Source of the DNA: a virus
Lineage: Duplodnaviria; Heunggongvirae; Uroviricota; Caudoviricetes
Strand: one strand, 5' to 3'
IMG/VR virus record: IMGVR_UViG_2917875804_000001
DNA length: 40,512 bases
Shown here: positions 1 through 11,521 of the stretch, piece after piece
Numbering within the stretch: position 1 is the first letter of the stretch
How the letters are laid out: each line of letters begins with the position of its first letter
The notes under the pieces: model-generated
The model's input: only the letters and a program-made list of their open reading frames with translations
Told to the model about the DNA's origin: nothing
Databases searched by the model: none
Made by a program: the position numbers and the translations under genes

Positions 1-420
<420 letters not shown>

Positions 421-980
421 GTGGCTAATAAAAACGCTGCGCAACACCGTACTCAGGATCATTGAACTCCGATCGATGCTATGGAAAACGTCGATTTTGA
501 AACGAGGTTGGTTACCATTTATGAAGAAATGATGGGGGTACGGCATTCACATCGTACTAATGCCACAATAGGGCATTAATCTGCTCTTAGAAATCAAGCC
601 CGTTACCGAACCATTTCTGAATTTGTCTTTGCTGGGTGCAATGACAAGAAAAAAGCGATCTGCGAAGACGCTGTCCTTCACGTTATCAAGCAAATAGACT
701 ACGAAGGACTTGGCAAGCGGTCATGGTTTCCACCATGAATTCAGTTACCGTGATGAATGAGCATGACTGGCATGTTGATGCTATCGAAAAGCAGCTTACT
801 CATGTTAACAGTGGTTCTGTGCGCGGGATATATAACCACGCACAGAACCTCGATAAGCTCGTGAAATGATGCAGTGGTGGGCAGATTAGTTTGATGAGAA
901 AGCGTCCTAACTGGGACCGAAATGGACTATGACATAAAGATCTGATATTTTCCTAACAAAAACTTAGGGATTTTATTTTA

Positions 981-1939
981 ATGCATAAGAGCAACTGCTT
1001 TGATACGGCAAGGCTTGTGGCAGCTATGATGGTTCTAATCAGTCACCACTACGCGCTCTCTGGACAACTCGAGCCGTATATGTTCGGCTTTGAAAGTGCT
1101 GGCGGCATTGCTGTTATCATATTCTTTTCCATATCAGGATACCTGATTTCAAAATCAGCAATCAGAAGTGATTCCTTTATTGATTTCATGGCTAAAAGAG
1201 CAAGAAGAATATTCCCTGCTCTTGTCCCTTGCTCTGTACTGACGTATTTTTTTATTTGGATGGATGCTTAACAACTTCAGTACAGAATATTTTAGTCATG
1301 ACATTGTCCGGAAGACCATAAGCTCTATTTTAATGAGTCAGGCTCCAGATGCCGACATTACATCACATTTAATTCATCCCGGTATTAACGGTAGCTTGTG
1401 GACACTACCACTGGAGTTTATGTGTTACATAATAACTGGAGTGGCTGTTGCTCTACTAAAGAGCGAGAAAACGTTCATAGTTATACTATTGATTTTTGTT
1501 TCACTTTCATTAGTTGAAAGTGTATCTGAGAACAAGGATGTAATATTCTCCATTCCAGTATGGCTGTATCCTTTGCGGGGGATGGCGTTCTTTTTTTGGT
1601 GCCACTATGGCGATGTATGAGAAATCTTGGAATGTAAGTAATGTGAAAGTTTCCGTGATTTCTTTGCTTGCTATGTACGCATACGCGAGCTATGGCAAAG
1701 GCATTGACTATACAATGGCTTGCTATATTCTGGTTTCTTTCTCAACAATAGCTATATGCACATCCTTTGGAGATCCACTGGTTAAGGGTAGGTTTGATTA
1801 CTCTTATGGTGTGTACATTTATGCATTCCCCGTTCAGCAGGTTATTATAAATACATTGCATATTGGCTTTTACCCTTCGATGTTGTTAAGTGCCATTGTC
1901 GTTTTTTTTCTTGGCTCATCTTTCTTGGAATCTAATTGA
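981..1939 (+). pseudogene. Acyltransferase family 3 (O-antigen/LPS acetylase-like) membrane protein, interrupted by two +1 frame changes
   Basis: Three consecutive ORF-track pieces (981..1271, 1264..1620, 1607..1939) in frames 0, 1, 2 form one hydrophobic multi-pass protein. The N-terminus (HHYALSG...IFFSISGYLISKS...RRIFPALVP) is the acyltransferase-3 signature. Both frame changes sit at T-runs (about 1247-1253 and 1591-1597). Confidence 0.7.
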
Positions 1940-2315
1940 AAAAAGATTCCTTACACGAAGCTCGCCCAAATTATCCCTGAATTGAATAATAAAGGGGCCA
2001 TCGAGCCCCTGAATAAATCAAAGTCAGATATAACACTGCCTGGCAGAGGACACCGTCCTGATGCCTCGTCCTGCAAGGACGAGCGAAGGTGGAACTCTTT
2101 TCCACGCAGCTATTTAGTACAGTACTGAGTCATATTGTTTATGTATGAGTTAACTTCCGTAATATCAATTAAATAAAATAAGTTGAGGTCATTGTAGAAG
2201 TGAGCATTATACCTAGGTTATCGGGACTTGCTGAAAATTGCGTATTATTCCAACAATTATCTTAGGTTGACAAGTCTATTTATTTGGAGGCATAGGCCAC
2301 TCGGGTTTTACTATA

Positions 2316-2678
2316 TTAACACGCATAAGCAGCACCCGATATTTTTTTCCATGCCAGTAACAGTTTCGTTTCATCATCTGTTGCCATATCTAAATCAACC
2401 GCATCCTGAAGCGGCGCTATTACATTCGTTGCCTCTGCTATCAGTGCAGATTTCTTTTCATTATTTATTAAGGCTAATTGTTCTGGTGTTGGAGAAGGAC
2501 GGTCAACAATGACAGGGTGACCGTTCTCACCACAGGTAATCATTTTTGTTACACTCTGTGAATTAATCAGTGTTTTCCACTCTGATTCCGAGATTTCCAC
2601 TGCATCATCAGGAATATTGGTGCCGTGAAATTCAGTCGAATAAAATCCGTTTGTCGATGCAGAATAAAAATATGACAT
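2316..2678 (-). CDS. Tail fibre assembly protein (Tfa family), C-terminus apparently replaced or truncated
   Basis: Translation from the internal ATG starts MSYFYSASTNGFY and contains ...ATNVIAPLQDAVDLDMATDDE..., typical of enterobacterial Tfa. The last approx 8 residues diverge and the gene abuts unrelated DNA at about 2340. Confidence 0.6.
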   Translation of the reverse strand: MSYFYSASTNGFYSTEFHGTNIPDDAVEISESEWKTLINSQSVTKMITCGENGHPVIVDRPSPTPEQLALINNEKKSALIAEATNVIAPLQDAVDLDMATDDETKLLLAWKKISGAAYAC

Positions 2679-2682
2679 TTCG

Positions 2683-3333
2683 TTAATATCCCATTGCAAT
2701 GTAATACGCATCAGCAGATGAACCATATCCTGAACCGGGCGACACCGTAATATTAAATCCAGTGTTCTGGACACTTGTCGCCGATACAGTCGGCTGCCCT
2801 GCCGCGCCAGTAACGTTTAATGTAACTACGACAGCAATGACTCTTGAGAACGTCATCGGAAACCTCATCCCGTATGTTGAAGATACATTCGGGGCACCAT
2901 TCAACTGACCGCACTGTAAAATTAATCCAGACGGAAATTTTTGCGCAGCAGCCGTTACGGTATTAATTGACGCGAACAGGCTCATATCAGGTATCTGATT
3001 CGCCCCTGTACCTACATTCCTTTTAGCCGCTTCTCCCAAACCAAGGTTTGCGAGAGCCGTTGGTACCGTGCCATCCGATTTGATATCGCCAAACGGATTC
3101 TTGCGGCTTAACAGCAGCGCACGAAGCGCGGTAAGCAGCTGGTCATGCCGCCCCTTCTCCAGGCTGGCACCGGATGCCTCCACCACGCTGCAAAGCTCCT
3201 CCTGCAACATGTCAAAGTAGTCATCATCCAGATCGGTGGCAGGTGTGCCGGTCTGGGGGTTACCACGGGTAAAACCGTTCTTACCCGCGCCGAACTTATC
3301 CTTCTGCGCGGTTTTCGTGTCTATACGATGCAT
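2683..3333 (-). CDS. Tail fibre protein (short; conserved N-terminal attachment domain)
   Basis: 216-aa ORF directly upstream of tfa and downstream of the baseplate genes; N-terminus MHRIDT...[24 protein letters not shown]. Confidence 0.6.
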   Translation of the reverse strand: MHRIDTKTAQKDKFGAGKNGFTRGNPQTGTPATDLDDDYFDMLQEELCSVVEASGASLEKGRHDQLLTALRALLLSRKNPFGDIKSDGTVPTALANLGLGEAAKRNVGTGANQIPDMSLFASINTVTAAAQKFPSGLILQCGQLNGAPNVSSTYGMRFPMTFSRVIAVVVTLNVTGAAGQPTVSATSVQNTGFNITVSPGSGYGSSADAYYIAMGY

Positions 3334-3336
3334 GGA

Positions 3337-3921
3337 TTACTCCGGATATTTAAAAATTACGTAGGTATGCGACGGGCTGAGTTTGTTAAGCACACATTCG
3401 ACAACGGTGTCGCCCCAGATACGCAGCGCGAAATCACAGGGATCGCCACATGTCATCCAGGTGGTGTTGGTAGCAGCTGGCATGTTGACCTGCCAGTAAT
3501 ACCGCCATTCCGGCGCGTTCACCGCATCAATACAGGCCGATGAGCAGGTGAAAGTGCTTTTGTCGTATCGCGTGATGGTGGCGTCAGGTCTGCCCAGGGC
3601 AGCAAGCTGTGCAAGATAAAAATCCTCGTTGATGCCGCCCGCCAGGTTAACCTTCGCATCCAGCCGTTGCTGACGCTGGCGAAGGGTCTGCGTTCCCGCC
3701 GGAATACATTCATCCGGCAGGCCGCACAGGCGCTCCCAACGGTTAATCAGTTCCGTGGTAGTGCGCGGATCCAGCTCCCGCATCAGGGCATCCGCACGCT
3801 GATGAACACGAGTTAATGACGGTGCCGCACCGGAAATCGCCGGATCGCTGGCTGACCACGCCGGACCGGGGGGCAACAGTGCCGACAACAGACGGATGTA
3901 ATCATCATTTGTCACGTCCAT
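3337..3921 (-). CDS. Phage tail protein, Mu gp48-like (YmfQ/DUF2313 family)
   Basis: 194-aa ORF positioned after baseplate J; sequence resembles the YmfQ-type tail protein. Confidence 0.65.
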   Translation of the reverse strand: MDVTNDDYIRLLSALLPPGPAWSASDPAISGAAPSLTRVHQRADALMRELDPRTTTELINRWERLCGLPDECIPAGTQTLRQRQQRLDAKVNLAGGINEDFYLAQLAALGRPDATITRYDKSTFTCSSACIDAVNAPEWRYYWQVNMPAATNTTWMTCGDPCDFALRIWGDTVVECVLNKLSPSHTYVIFKYPE

Positions 3922-4970
3922 GAAATCGTCCCCAGTACCGCCAGTTCATTTTTTGCAATGGTGATATTGTCTGCCGGTGCAAGCAACTGATGGCTGTATT
4001 CCCCGTTCGCACCGGAAATCGCCTCACTGATACGCGATACCTTCAGTTCTCCCTGCGGATAACCATCACGCAGCAGGAACGAACGCAACTCGGCGGTGAT
4101 GGCAGCCCGTATTTCTGGTGTATCCGGCGTCACACGGATATGAAAATCCACCGTATGCGCCACCGGCCTGAACACATACAAATCAGAGCCTGCCACCGGG
4201 GCCAGTGGCTCGATATGTTGTCTTGCCGCCATTTCCGTTGATTCTTCCGGAATGGGGTTAATCAGGTCACTGCTGGCAATCATCACACCGACAGTCCCCG
4301 TTCCCATCCAGTGTCGGTATGTCCATGCGCGGGTAATGCCGGGCACTTCTTTAGCCCAGACGACATAGTCCCCGTCAGCCCCGCCCTGAGGCGTCCAGTA
4401 ATACCGCTCAATGACGCGGGCGCGCCACGTTTCCAGCTCTTCAGTATCAAATCCACCTGTCAGGGTATCTGCCTCGCCGGAAGACGGCAGACCATTAACA
4501 GGCGTGACCAGGATTAATGACGTACCGTCGTCAGCGTTACCGACCGCGCCTGCACTTGAGCAGGCGATCGGCACGCGCAGGACACCACCGGTGCTGATTG
4601 CATCGGCAGTTGCCGTGTACTGAACCAGGTCATCGCGCTGAATAACACTTCCGGCGGTCACCTTCAGGCCATCGCTGACACCTTCCCAGCGCATATACCC
4701 GCTGGCAGCCGTGGCCCCCTTGCGCGGACACCGTTTCATCGCAGCATGTCGCGCCAGCCAGGACTCATCGCACAGGTCAGGCAGCATGTTCATTGCCAGA
4801 TAATCGATGTACCCGTAAACCGTATGCAGCGCCGCCGCATACACCTTTGCCCGCACGTCTTCATCCATGCGCCGGAGCGTGTCGCTGACGTCCAGCCTGG
4901 CGAATAAATCGTTACGGAGCATACTGATATTTTCTGCCAGCGTCGGGCGCTGAAATTCACTGTCCGCCAT
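3912..4970 (-). CDS. Baseplate J-like protein (Mu gp47-like)
   Basis: 352-aa ORF in the baseplate block with conserved order V-W-J. Confidence 0.8.
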   Translation of the reverse strand: MADSEFQRPTLAENISMLRNDLFARLDVSDTLRRMDEDVRAKVYAAALHTVYGYIDYLAMNMLPDLCDESWLARHAAMKRCPRKGATAASGYMRWEGVSDGLKVTAGSVIQRDDLVQYTATADAISTGGVLRVPIACSSAGAVGNADDGTSLILVTPVNGLPSSGEADTLTGGFDTEELETWRARVIERYYWTPQGGADGDYVVWAKEVPGITRAWTYRHWMGTGTVGVMIASSDLINPIPEESTEMAARQHIEPLAPVAGSDLYVFRPVAHTVDFHIRVTPDTPEIRAAITAELRSFLLRDGYPQGELKVSRISEAISGANGEYSHQLLAPADNITIAKNELAVLGTISWT

Positions 4971-5385
4971 GCGTTATCGCACTCCACAGATCATCAAAAG
5001 AAATCATTACCGGTCCGTCACGACGCCAGAGAGTGATACTGTTACCCAGTTCATTAATCCCGGTGCGGCGGATATCCAGATCAATACGGGACACCACGCC
5101 GTCATCAATCATCCATTGCAGGCATTCGCGGATATACCCCCTTACCGTCTGCACCAGCTGATTGGTCAGTTTGCTGCGCTGAAGCAGCCACAGTCGGGAG
5201 CCGTAACGGTCATTCTGTACCGTAGGCCAGGTATCCCCCCACCATCCCATCGGGACGTCGGCATTGTCATCAGGCTCCGCCCGCCGCCAGGTAAACAGGG
5301 AAATCACCACGGCGCGGGTCAGCGGATCCAGCGGTGCGCTGGCGCAGGTGCGTTTACCGTTCACCGTCAGCCACAGTTCCATCAT
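4957..5385 (-). CDS. Baseplate protein, Mu gp46-like (GP46/W-like)
   Basis: 142-aa ORF between the V-like and J-like genes. Confidence 0.7.
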   Translation of the reverse strand: MMELWLTVNGKRTCASAPLDPLTRAVVISLFTWRRAEPDDNADVPMGWWGDTWPTVQNDRYGSRLWLLQRSKLTNQLVQTVRGYIRECLQWMIDDGVVSRIDLDIRRTGINELGNSITLWRRDGPVMISFDDLWSAITHGGQ

Positions 5386-5930
5386 GCCTCCATCGCTTTA
5401 TCAGGTTTGTCGGTGTTACTGCCCTGACCGTTCTCTCTGTGACGATGCCCGTTATAGGCAAGCCGCATCGCTGACATGGTGGTGCCGCCGGAGTCGCACA
5501 GGTCTTTCACCTGTCCGGTCACTTCAAGGTCCATTTCAAAACGTGCTTCAGGTGCATTGCGAAACGTGATCGTTTTACCTGCACCGTCCACCACGATCCC
5601 CTCCCGGGTCAGCGTCACGGACTGCCCCTGATCGTCATAGACAGCCACCTCACCCGTCTGCAGCCCTTTCAGGCGGTAGCGCCGGTCCGACACCGTAACA
5701 ACCACCGCATGAGAACGATCGCCATCCGGAAACAACACCACCGCTTCCGCACCGCTGTTTGCCCTTGCGGTAAAACCGTAGGGTTCAAGATGTTCAACCC
5801 CGGCTTTGGGTTCACCGGCAATCAGGGACACATCCACGGTCTGACATTTCGTGGCGGCACTGATGCTTTTCACCACGGCCCGCCCAATCAGGCTGAGGAG
5901 TTGTCGCTGCATGGCTTCAATCGTCCTCAT
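5382..5930 (-). CDS. Baseplate assembly/spike protein V (Mu gp45-like); start taken at the internal Met (MRTIEAMQ...)
   Basis: ORF-track piece 5382..6020; the N-terminal extension overlaps the upstream gene, so the internal start is more plausible. Confidence 0.6.
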   Translation of the reverse strand: MRTIEAMQRQLLSLIGRAVVKSISAATKCQTVDVSLIAGEPKAGVEHLEPYGFTARANSGAEAVVLFPDGDRSHAVVVTVSDRRYRLKGLQTGEVAVYDDQGQSVTLTREGIVVDGAGKTITFRNAPEARFEMDLEVTGQVKDLCDSGGTTMSAMRLAYNGHRHRENGQGSNTDKPDKAMEA

Positions 5931-7008
5931 CAGAACGGGTCCTCCTGTACTCTGGCTTTTTTCTTTTTCCGCGCGCGGGGGCTTCGGGTTCAGGCAGATA
6001 AGCATCAGGTGGGCCGACACGGATTTCCGTCAGGGTGCCGTTCTGGTCCTGAGTAAACGTGACTTCCGAGACAAGCAGTTCGGTATTGTCGAAACCACAG
6101 ACCGGATCGAAGACAATCACCCGCTGGTTGGGCTGCCACAGCGTACCGTTACCCTGTCGCCAGCCCTGCACCACATAGGTGGTTTCATCCGTCCGCGCCG
6201 CCCGTTGCCGGGCTTCAAAGTCCGCACGGGCAATACAGCCTGCCCCCGTAGCCTGCCCTGTCTGCCTGATATACATCGGACGGTAACGGGCAATAAATGC
6301 GTCTTCTGTGCGGGCCCGCAGCGCGGTGGTGGTGGCCTCACCGAAATCATCGTCATTTCCGGCACGCTGCCCCGCCACCTGGTAAACTGAAAACCGCTCC
6401 CGGATACTCTTCTCCGTATCACAGGAAAGGATGTTTTCCCCAAGTACCAGCGCGGTATGTGCCCGCGTTGAGCCAATACCGCCAATCACCAGCCTGCCGT
6501 GCGGGTCGTCGTAAGCCAGTGCCTGCTGCTGACCGAGTATTTTGTTGATCACCTCGATCACCGTTTCGCCGTGATCAGGCTGGACATCCGGAATAACACC
6601 CGACGGCGCACCGTTGTTCACCACCTCAATGCCGAAAGGCGCAGCAAGCGCCTGCGCAATCTGTACCAGCGATCGTCCGTTAAACTGTGTCGGTTCGGCT
6701 GCACAGTCAATCAGGTCAGCGGTCAGACTGCGTCCGGCAATACCGGTGCTGACCGAACGGGCATCGTAACGAACGGGCGTCGCCTCCACCCAGCCGGTGA
6801 TCACCAGCTCATCACCAATCAGAACTTCCACTTTTGAACCGTTTTTAATACGCGGCTGAAGCGTGGTGATACCCTCATCTCCCGGCCACTGGCGGGTGAT
6901 CTCCATACTGAAATCCCGTGCCAGCCGTTCAATACCGGCACCGATGCGCACCGATGTCCAGCCATTCCACTCCCGGCCATTTACCCGTAGCGTGACATTG
7001 TCGTTCAT
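5917..7008 (-). CDS. Tail protein / baseplate hub, Mu gpP (gp44)-like
   Basis: 363-aa ORF downstream of the DNA-circulation gene, conserved Mu-like order. Confidence 0.75.
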   Translation of the reverse strand: MNDNVTLRVNGREWNGWTSVRIGAGIERLARDFSMEITRQWPGDEGITTLQPRIKNGSKVEVLIGDELVITGWVEATPVRYDARSVSTGIAGRSLTADLIDCAAEPTQFNGRSLVQIAQALAAPFGIEVVNNGAPSGVIPDVQPDHGETVIEVINKILGQQQALAYDDPHGRLVIGGIGSTRAHTALVLGENILSCDTEKSIRERFSVYQVAGQRAGNDDDFGEATTTALRARTEDAFIARYRPMYIRQTGQATGAGCIARADFEARQRAARTDETTYVVQGWRQGNGTLWQPNQRVIVFDPVCGFDNTELLVSEVTFTQDQNGTLTEIRVGPPDAYLPEPEAPARGKRKKPEYRRTRSDEDD

Positions 7009-8381
7009 TGCACTGGCACCTTCAGAGGGATCACCGGCACAAAGCCGGGATGCGTAATAGCATTACGCCGGATAAGGTCCACGTCACGCGCCGCGTTATC
7101 AAACCAGGTCGCCGCCAGCACCAGCGCGGGTAAAACCTCATCCGGCGTGCGCTGAATGATCCGCGCAGACTGTTCAAGGCGCGTGTTGATATCCGCATTC
7201 AGATCTGCTTTCACCCGGCGCAGCGCCAGAAACAGCGCATCACTGGTTGTACGGGACAACTCCTTATCAATTGCCGTATTCAGTGTGTCGCGAATGTCGG
7301 TCAGTTCTTCCCACGTTGGCAGGTCAACCGTGTTTTTCACCGCAGGTGCATTGTTCAGTGCCGGATGCGTGACGGAAGGCCAGCCGGTGCTCTGCGCGGG
7401 TGTTGTTGACTGCCCCACTGCGGCATTCTGCATCACCGCGGGAGTTGTTGGCGCAGGCAATCGTGTGACGGCATACGCTGCTTCGCTGATTGCAGTCGTA
7501 CGAAGAGTGCTGGCAACCACGTTACGCTGCTGCGTCGCTGTGGCGGTGGTTTTACTGTCCGTTTTCCAGACGCCGCGCGGTTGCAAATCGCTGCCGAGGC
7601 TGACACCAGAAAGCATTTTGATCATGGTGACCAGGTCGCTGGCGTTACCATAAAGGCGTTTACCGGTACGCCACATTTTCTGCACCTGCTCAACGAAATT
7701 TTTTCCTGACGATGGCGGCGGCAGAAGTACCGAGATATCCCCCTGCAACAGCCTGGCGGCATCCGATACAGCAGAATCCACCACTTTCATCGCATCAGAA
7801 ACATACCCAAGCATTGTGCTGGCATTACCGATAACGTCGTTCTGCACAAAATCCGCCACGCCATCGATACTGAAACCGCTGAAGCTGTCACTGATGCAGT
7901 CATCCAGTGCAGAACAGGATGACATCAGCGTCTGCGCCGTCGCCACGCCTGATGTGGGGTAAGAGAGTTCTCCCGCTTCGACAAACTTCAGGTCAAAGCG
8001 GACAATACGCCCTTCACTCTTCGATGTGCTGACCCGGACTTCCCCGTCAACACAGACTTTCACCTCACCGTATGTCGGGTGGACAAGCGTGCCGGGACCT
8101 GGTTTATTCAGCGCTTCAATCAGGAGATCACGCTGGTCAAAGCAGTCATCTCCCACCACATAAGCCGTGATGGACGGGCGGAAAGTGATTTTCCCCAGGT
8201 CTTCGGTATAGGGTTTGTCGCGGTTCGGGTATTCATGTGTTTCCACACGACGACCGGTTCCCGCACTTTCTTCTTCAACCTTAAACGGCACGCCGCGAAA
8301 TGACGCATCCTGAAGTCTGTCTTTCCACGTCATATAAGTCCCATATTTATTATCAGTAGTAATATTTACTGGTAATGCCAT
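7005..8381 (-). CDS. Mu gpN-like DNA circulation protein
   Basis: 458-aa ORF with Mu N-like N-terminus (MALPVNITTDNKYGTYMTWKDRLQDASFRGVPFKVEEE) and position after the tape measure. Confidence 0.7.
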   Translation of the reverse strand: MALPVNITTDNKYGTYMTWKDRLQDASFRGVPFKVEEESAGTGRRVETHEYPNRDKPYTEDLGKITFRPSITAYVVGDDCFDQRDLLIEALNKPGPGTLVHPTYGEVKVCVDGEVRVSTSKSEGRIVRFDLKFVEAGELSYPTSGVATAQTLMSSCSALDDCISDSFSGFSIDGVADFVQNDVIGNASTMLGYVSDAMKVVDSAVSDAARLLQGDISVLLPPPSSGKNFVEQVQKMWRTGKRLYGNASDLVTMIKMLSGVSLGSDLQPRGVWKTDSKTTATATQQRNVVASTLRTTAISEAAYAVTRLPAPTTPAVMQNAAVGQSTTPAQSTGWPSVTHPALNNAPAVKNTVDLPTWEELTDIRDTLNTAIDKELSRTTSDALFLALRRVKADLNADINTRLEQSARIIQRTPDEVLPALVLAATWFDNAARDVDLIRRNAITHPGFVPVIPLKVPVQ

Positions 8382-8443
8382 AATTTGTAGTGGTAGCCAT
8401 TACCATTTGTAACTATATAAATTATTAGCATTAAGGTGATAAC

Positions 8444-8890
8444 ATGAAGAAATTATTAAAATGGATTTTATATATTTTCATCGGGTTGGTGATTATTGGA
8501 TATTTTGCAGGCAATAACGATAAAGGCTCTAATTCTTCATACTCATCCGATACGGAAGCTGCGGCACCGCAAAAAGAAATCTACAACACTACTGCTCGAC
8601 AGCTGTTTAAAGAGTATGAAGAAAATGAAGTCGCTACCGATGAACAGTTAAAAGGTAAATTAATCGCCGTTAGAGGTATCGTACAATCCATTGATAAGGA
8701 CTTTACTGACTCTATAATTATTAAATTCAGAACTGAAAATGAATTCATGCCAGCAAGAATGGAGATGCAAGACTCTGAAAAATCAACAGCTGCTGCTCTT
8801 AAAAAAGGAGAACAGGTAACTGTTATTTGCGAAAAAATGTCCAGAATTGTCGGCTCCCCATCAGGCCGAAATTGCGTGTTCGCACAGTAA
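8444..8890 (+). CDS. Membrane-anchored OB-fold (tRNA_anti-like) protein; opposite-strand moron inside the tail module
   Basis: AT-rich 148-aa ORF on the opposite strand to the flanking tail genes. It has an N-terminal transmembrane helix and a C-terminal KGK-LIAVRGIV...GEQVTVIC motif like tRNA_anti-like OB folds, and is followed by a hairpin terminator. Confidence 0.6.
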   Translation: MKKLLKWILYIFIGLVIIGYFAGNNDKGSNSSYSSDTEAAAPQKEIYNTTARQLFKEYEENEVATDEQLKGKLIAVRGIVQSIDKDFTDSIIIKFRTENEFMPARMEMQDSEKSTAAALKKGEQVTVICEKMSRIVGSPSGRNCVFAQ

Positions 8891-8893
8891 GTT

Positions 8894-8925
8894 CAGGGAG
8901 GGGCGGCCCTCCCTGTTCGTCTTTA
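8894..8925 (+). terminator. Rho-independent terminator-like hairpin (CAGGGAGGGG-cggc-CCCTCCCTG followed by a T-rich tail)
   Basis: Perfect 9-10 bp GC stem with 4-nt loop immediately after the stop at 8890. Confidence 0.5.
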
Positions 8926-10754
8926 CCTAAATCTGGTGTACCCAACATCGTGATTAATATCAATGTCACTAGAACGTGTTTCCATAACCCGCATACCCGG
9001 AGGCGAATTCACAAAAGAGACCTTGATCTCACCATCAACTTTTGGCGCAGAAGCTTTGTTAATCATGAAGGGATTCGGGGCTGTGGCATCGGAGGCGTTG
9101 TTTGACTGAGCCAGATCCACCGCCGGATAAGGTGTGTATCCCCGCGCCGGTATTCCCGTCCCATAAGCATCATAAGCACCCGCGCCCCACTGCGCAGAGT
9201 TAATGGCATCGACCGTGTCACCGGAACTGTCGGTAAACCACTCAATAATTGGCTTCAGCTTGTCCCACATATCCTGAAACCACTTAACAACCGGCCCCCA
9301 GTTATTGATCACCATCCCCAGCGGCGACCAGGCAAAAACTTTCTTAAGGAGTTCCCAGCCAGCCTCAAAATAAGGACCAATGGTTTCCCAGAGTTTCTTA
9401 AAATAAGGTCCGACAACATCCCAGTTAGTGATAATTAATCCCGCAGCCAGGCTATCGCCGTCGCAATCATGCCAATCGGCGTCATCGACATGATCCTGCT
9501 GACAATACTGATGGCACCGCCAACGCCCATCAATCCCAGTTTCAGAATCGCAAGACCGGCAGCAAGCCCGACGACGCCGCGAATAACCCGGGGATTTTCA
9601 TCCGCAAACTTCGTGAATTTCTCCCCCAACTCCCCCAGCCATTGCGTGATATTTTTAGCGTCACCAGAAAATGCACCGCCAATAGCCGCAAGGCCGTTAG
9701 TTGCGGTCCCTGTCATTGCCTCCCACAGGTTGGACAGCGTACCAAGCTGTGCCTGAACACGTTTATTCAGGCTGGCCTGTTTATTCATCTTCTGCTGGAT
9801 CTGATCGTAGCCATCCTTTCCTTTATCGATTAGCGCATTGACCACCTGAAGGGTTTCGGCATCATCACCAAATATTGCCTTAAGTACACCAGTTCGTTTA
9901 ACGTCGGTCAGTTGTCGCAGCTTTGCCAGTTGCCTGAACATGTTATCAAGACCGCCAAAACTCCCTTTGCCGTCAGTAAAATCGAGCTGTACCCCGAGTT
10001 TCTGGCGGGCCATGATTTTATTGACGTCCCTGATTTTCTTAACGCTTAATCCGGACTGGATAACTTTTCGCAGGGCGTTACCTGCCGACTCCCCGTTCAT
10101 CCCCATCTGATCCATCATGACGCTGATGGGGGCAAGGCTCTGTGCAGCCTGAAGACCGTCCTTGTTCACCATCTTCAGAACAGAGCTGGTTTTAGTGAAG
10201 AAGGACAACATGTTGGTATCGTCAACGCCCAGATAAAACGCCTTCTGGATAGTGTCGAACAGCCCCATCATGTCTTCTGACGCCGTTCCGGTAGCATCCT
10301 GCATCTTTGCGGCAAACTCGGCAGCCGCTTCCGGTGTTTTTTTCAGTTGTACCGCAAGATAAGCTGTCGCTTTACCCACACCGCCAAGAATGTTTTCTGC
10401 CGGGATCCCCTGACGCACCAGCATCTGCATCATGTTCTGGAAATCAGCCGTTGTACCGGGTAGCTGGTTACCCAGGCCAATAGCCAGTTTATTGATGTCC
10501 TGAAAGCGCTTTCCAACCTCGCCGTTCGCATCCATCATGGCGACTTTCAGCCCGGTGGCGGCGTTTTCCTGATCGGCATAAGATTTCAGGGAAAGCGTCA
10601 GACCCGCTGCCAGTCCGCCACCAAGCGCCAGCCCACCCTGTGACGCTTCTTCCGCCTGGCGTTTAAATCCCCGGATTTTCTTTTGCATTTTCGACAGCGC
10701 GGGAGAAAGCCTGTCGACACCGGTGATCAACGCCTTAAGCTCAAATTCAGCCAT
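8923..10754 (-). CDS. Tail tape measure protein, split by an apparent -1 frame change near 9435-9445
   Basis: ORF 9435..10754 (439 aa) continues in another frame through 8923 with W-rich repeats (NWDVVGPYFKKLWETIGPYFEAGWELLKK...). The frame downstream of the stop is open across the junction. Confidence 0.7.
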
Positions 10755-11165
10755 GTGTGCGTTTCTCCTGCTCTATCCTGTTTGCCTGACTGACCAGTAA
10801 GGGAATTTCACTGATCGGCATATTCAGCAATTCGAAAGGATTAATGCGCCAGTAGCTGGCGCAGTCAAAGAAGCGATCAGTGAGGTATTCAGCCGTCAGG
10901 CCTGGAGGAAAAAACCGGCCACAAGCCACGCCGCTGCATTCAGGTCTGCCGGAGACATCTGGTCGACAGAGCTTTGCGGCACTTTCGCCAGCCGCACAAT
11001 GTATTTCGACACCACATGCGCCAGAAGTCTGACGGACTCATCCTGATTCATCTGGTAGGGATACCCCAGCTCGCGGACATCCTTCCCGGTGGGCTCATCA
11101 AACTCCAGTACGGAGAGTGTCTCGCCATGAGCAGTAATCGGTTTCTTTAACTCAAGCTCTTTCAT
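10747..11165 (-). CDS. Tail assembly chaperone pair (89-aa ORF plus overlapping 60-aa ORF; possible programmed frameshift product)
   Basis: Two short overlapping ORFs between tail tube and tape measure, the canonical chaperone position. Confidence 0.5.
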
Positions 11166-11521
11166 TACTGGTAATCCCCTTCTTCACCGTGGAACTCAAG
11201 ATCAACCGTGCCTTCTTCGGCATTATGGTTCGCTTCGCCGTGCAGCCAGGCAGACGACAGTACATAGACCTGACCGTTCGCCAGCTCGGCAGTGATTGTC
11301 ATCTCATCAGACGAGGTGATTTTGCCCACCGGAAAATTCTTCGGCACCTTGAAGGTCCCTTTGACATAAGGCGCACGGTGAGTTTCCTTGCGGTCCACTG
11401 AACCGTCCAGGCCGATGATGTCATCATTGACCGTCCTGTTCATGGGCACCTCAATGCCACCGGTCAGCGATAGCTGCTGACCGTCAATTTTGAAATAACA
11501 GGTTCCCCCGATACGAGCCAT
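11165..11521 (-). CDS. Tail tube protein (Mu gpM-like)
   Basis: 118-aa ORF immediately after the sheath gene. Confidence 0.8.
   Translation of the reverse strand: MARIGGTCYFKIDGQQLSLTGGIEVPMNRTVNDDIIGLDGSVDRKETHRAPYVKGTFKVPKNFPVGKITSSDEMTITAELANGQVYVLSSAWLHGEANHNAEEGTVDLEFHGEEGDYQ

Noticed and set aside
2228-2512. 94-aa plus-strand ORF at the prophage left junction
   Set aside because: Overlaps the tfa 3' end antisense, starts in AT-rich junction DNA and has a low-complexity translation; more likely junction noise than a gene.
3145-3543. Antisense ORFs of 60-200 aa inside the tail, head and terminase genes (for example 3145..3543, 5851..6390, 11794..12210, 13204..13794, 17699..18274)
   Set aside because: They overlap well-supported phage structural genes on the opposite strand, lack ribosome-binding sites and have GC-rich, Arg/Pro/Ala-biased translations typical of spurious reverse-strand ORFs.
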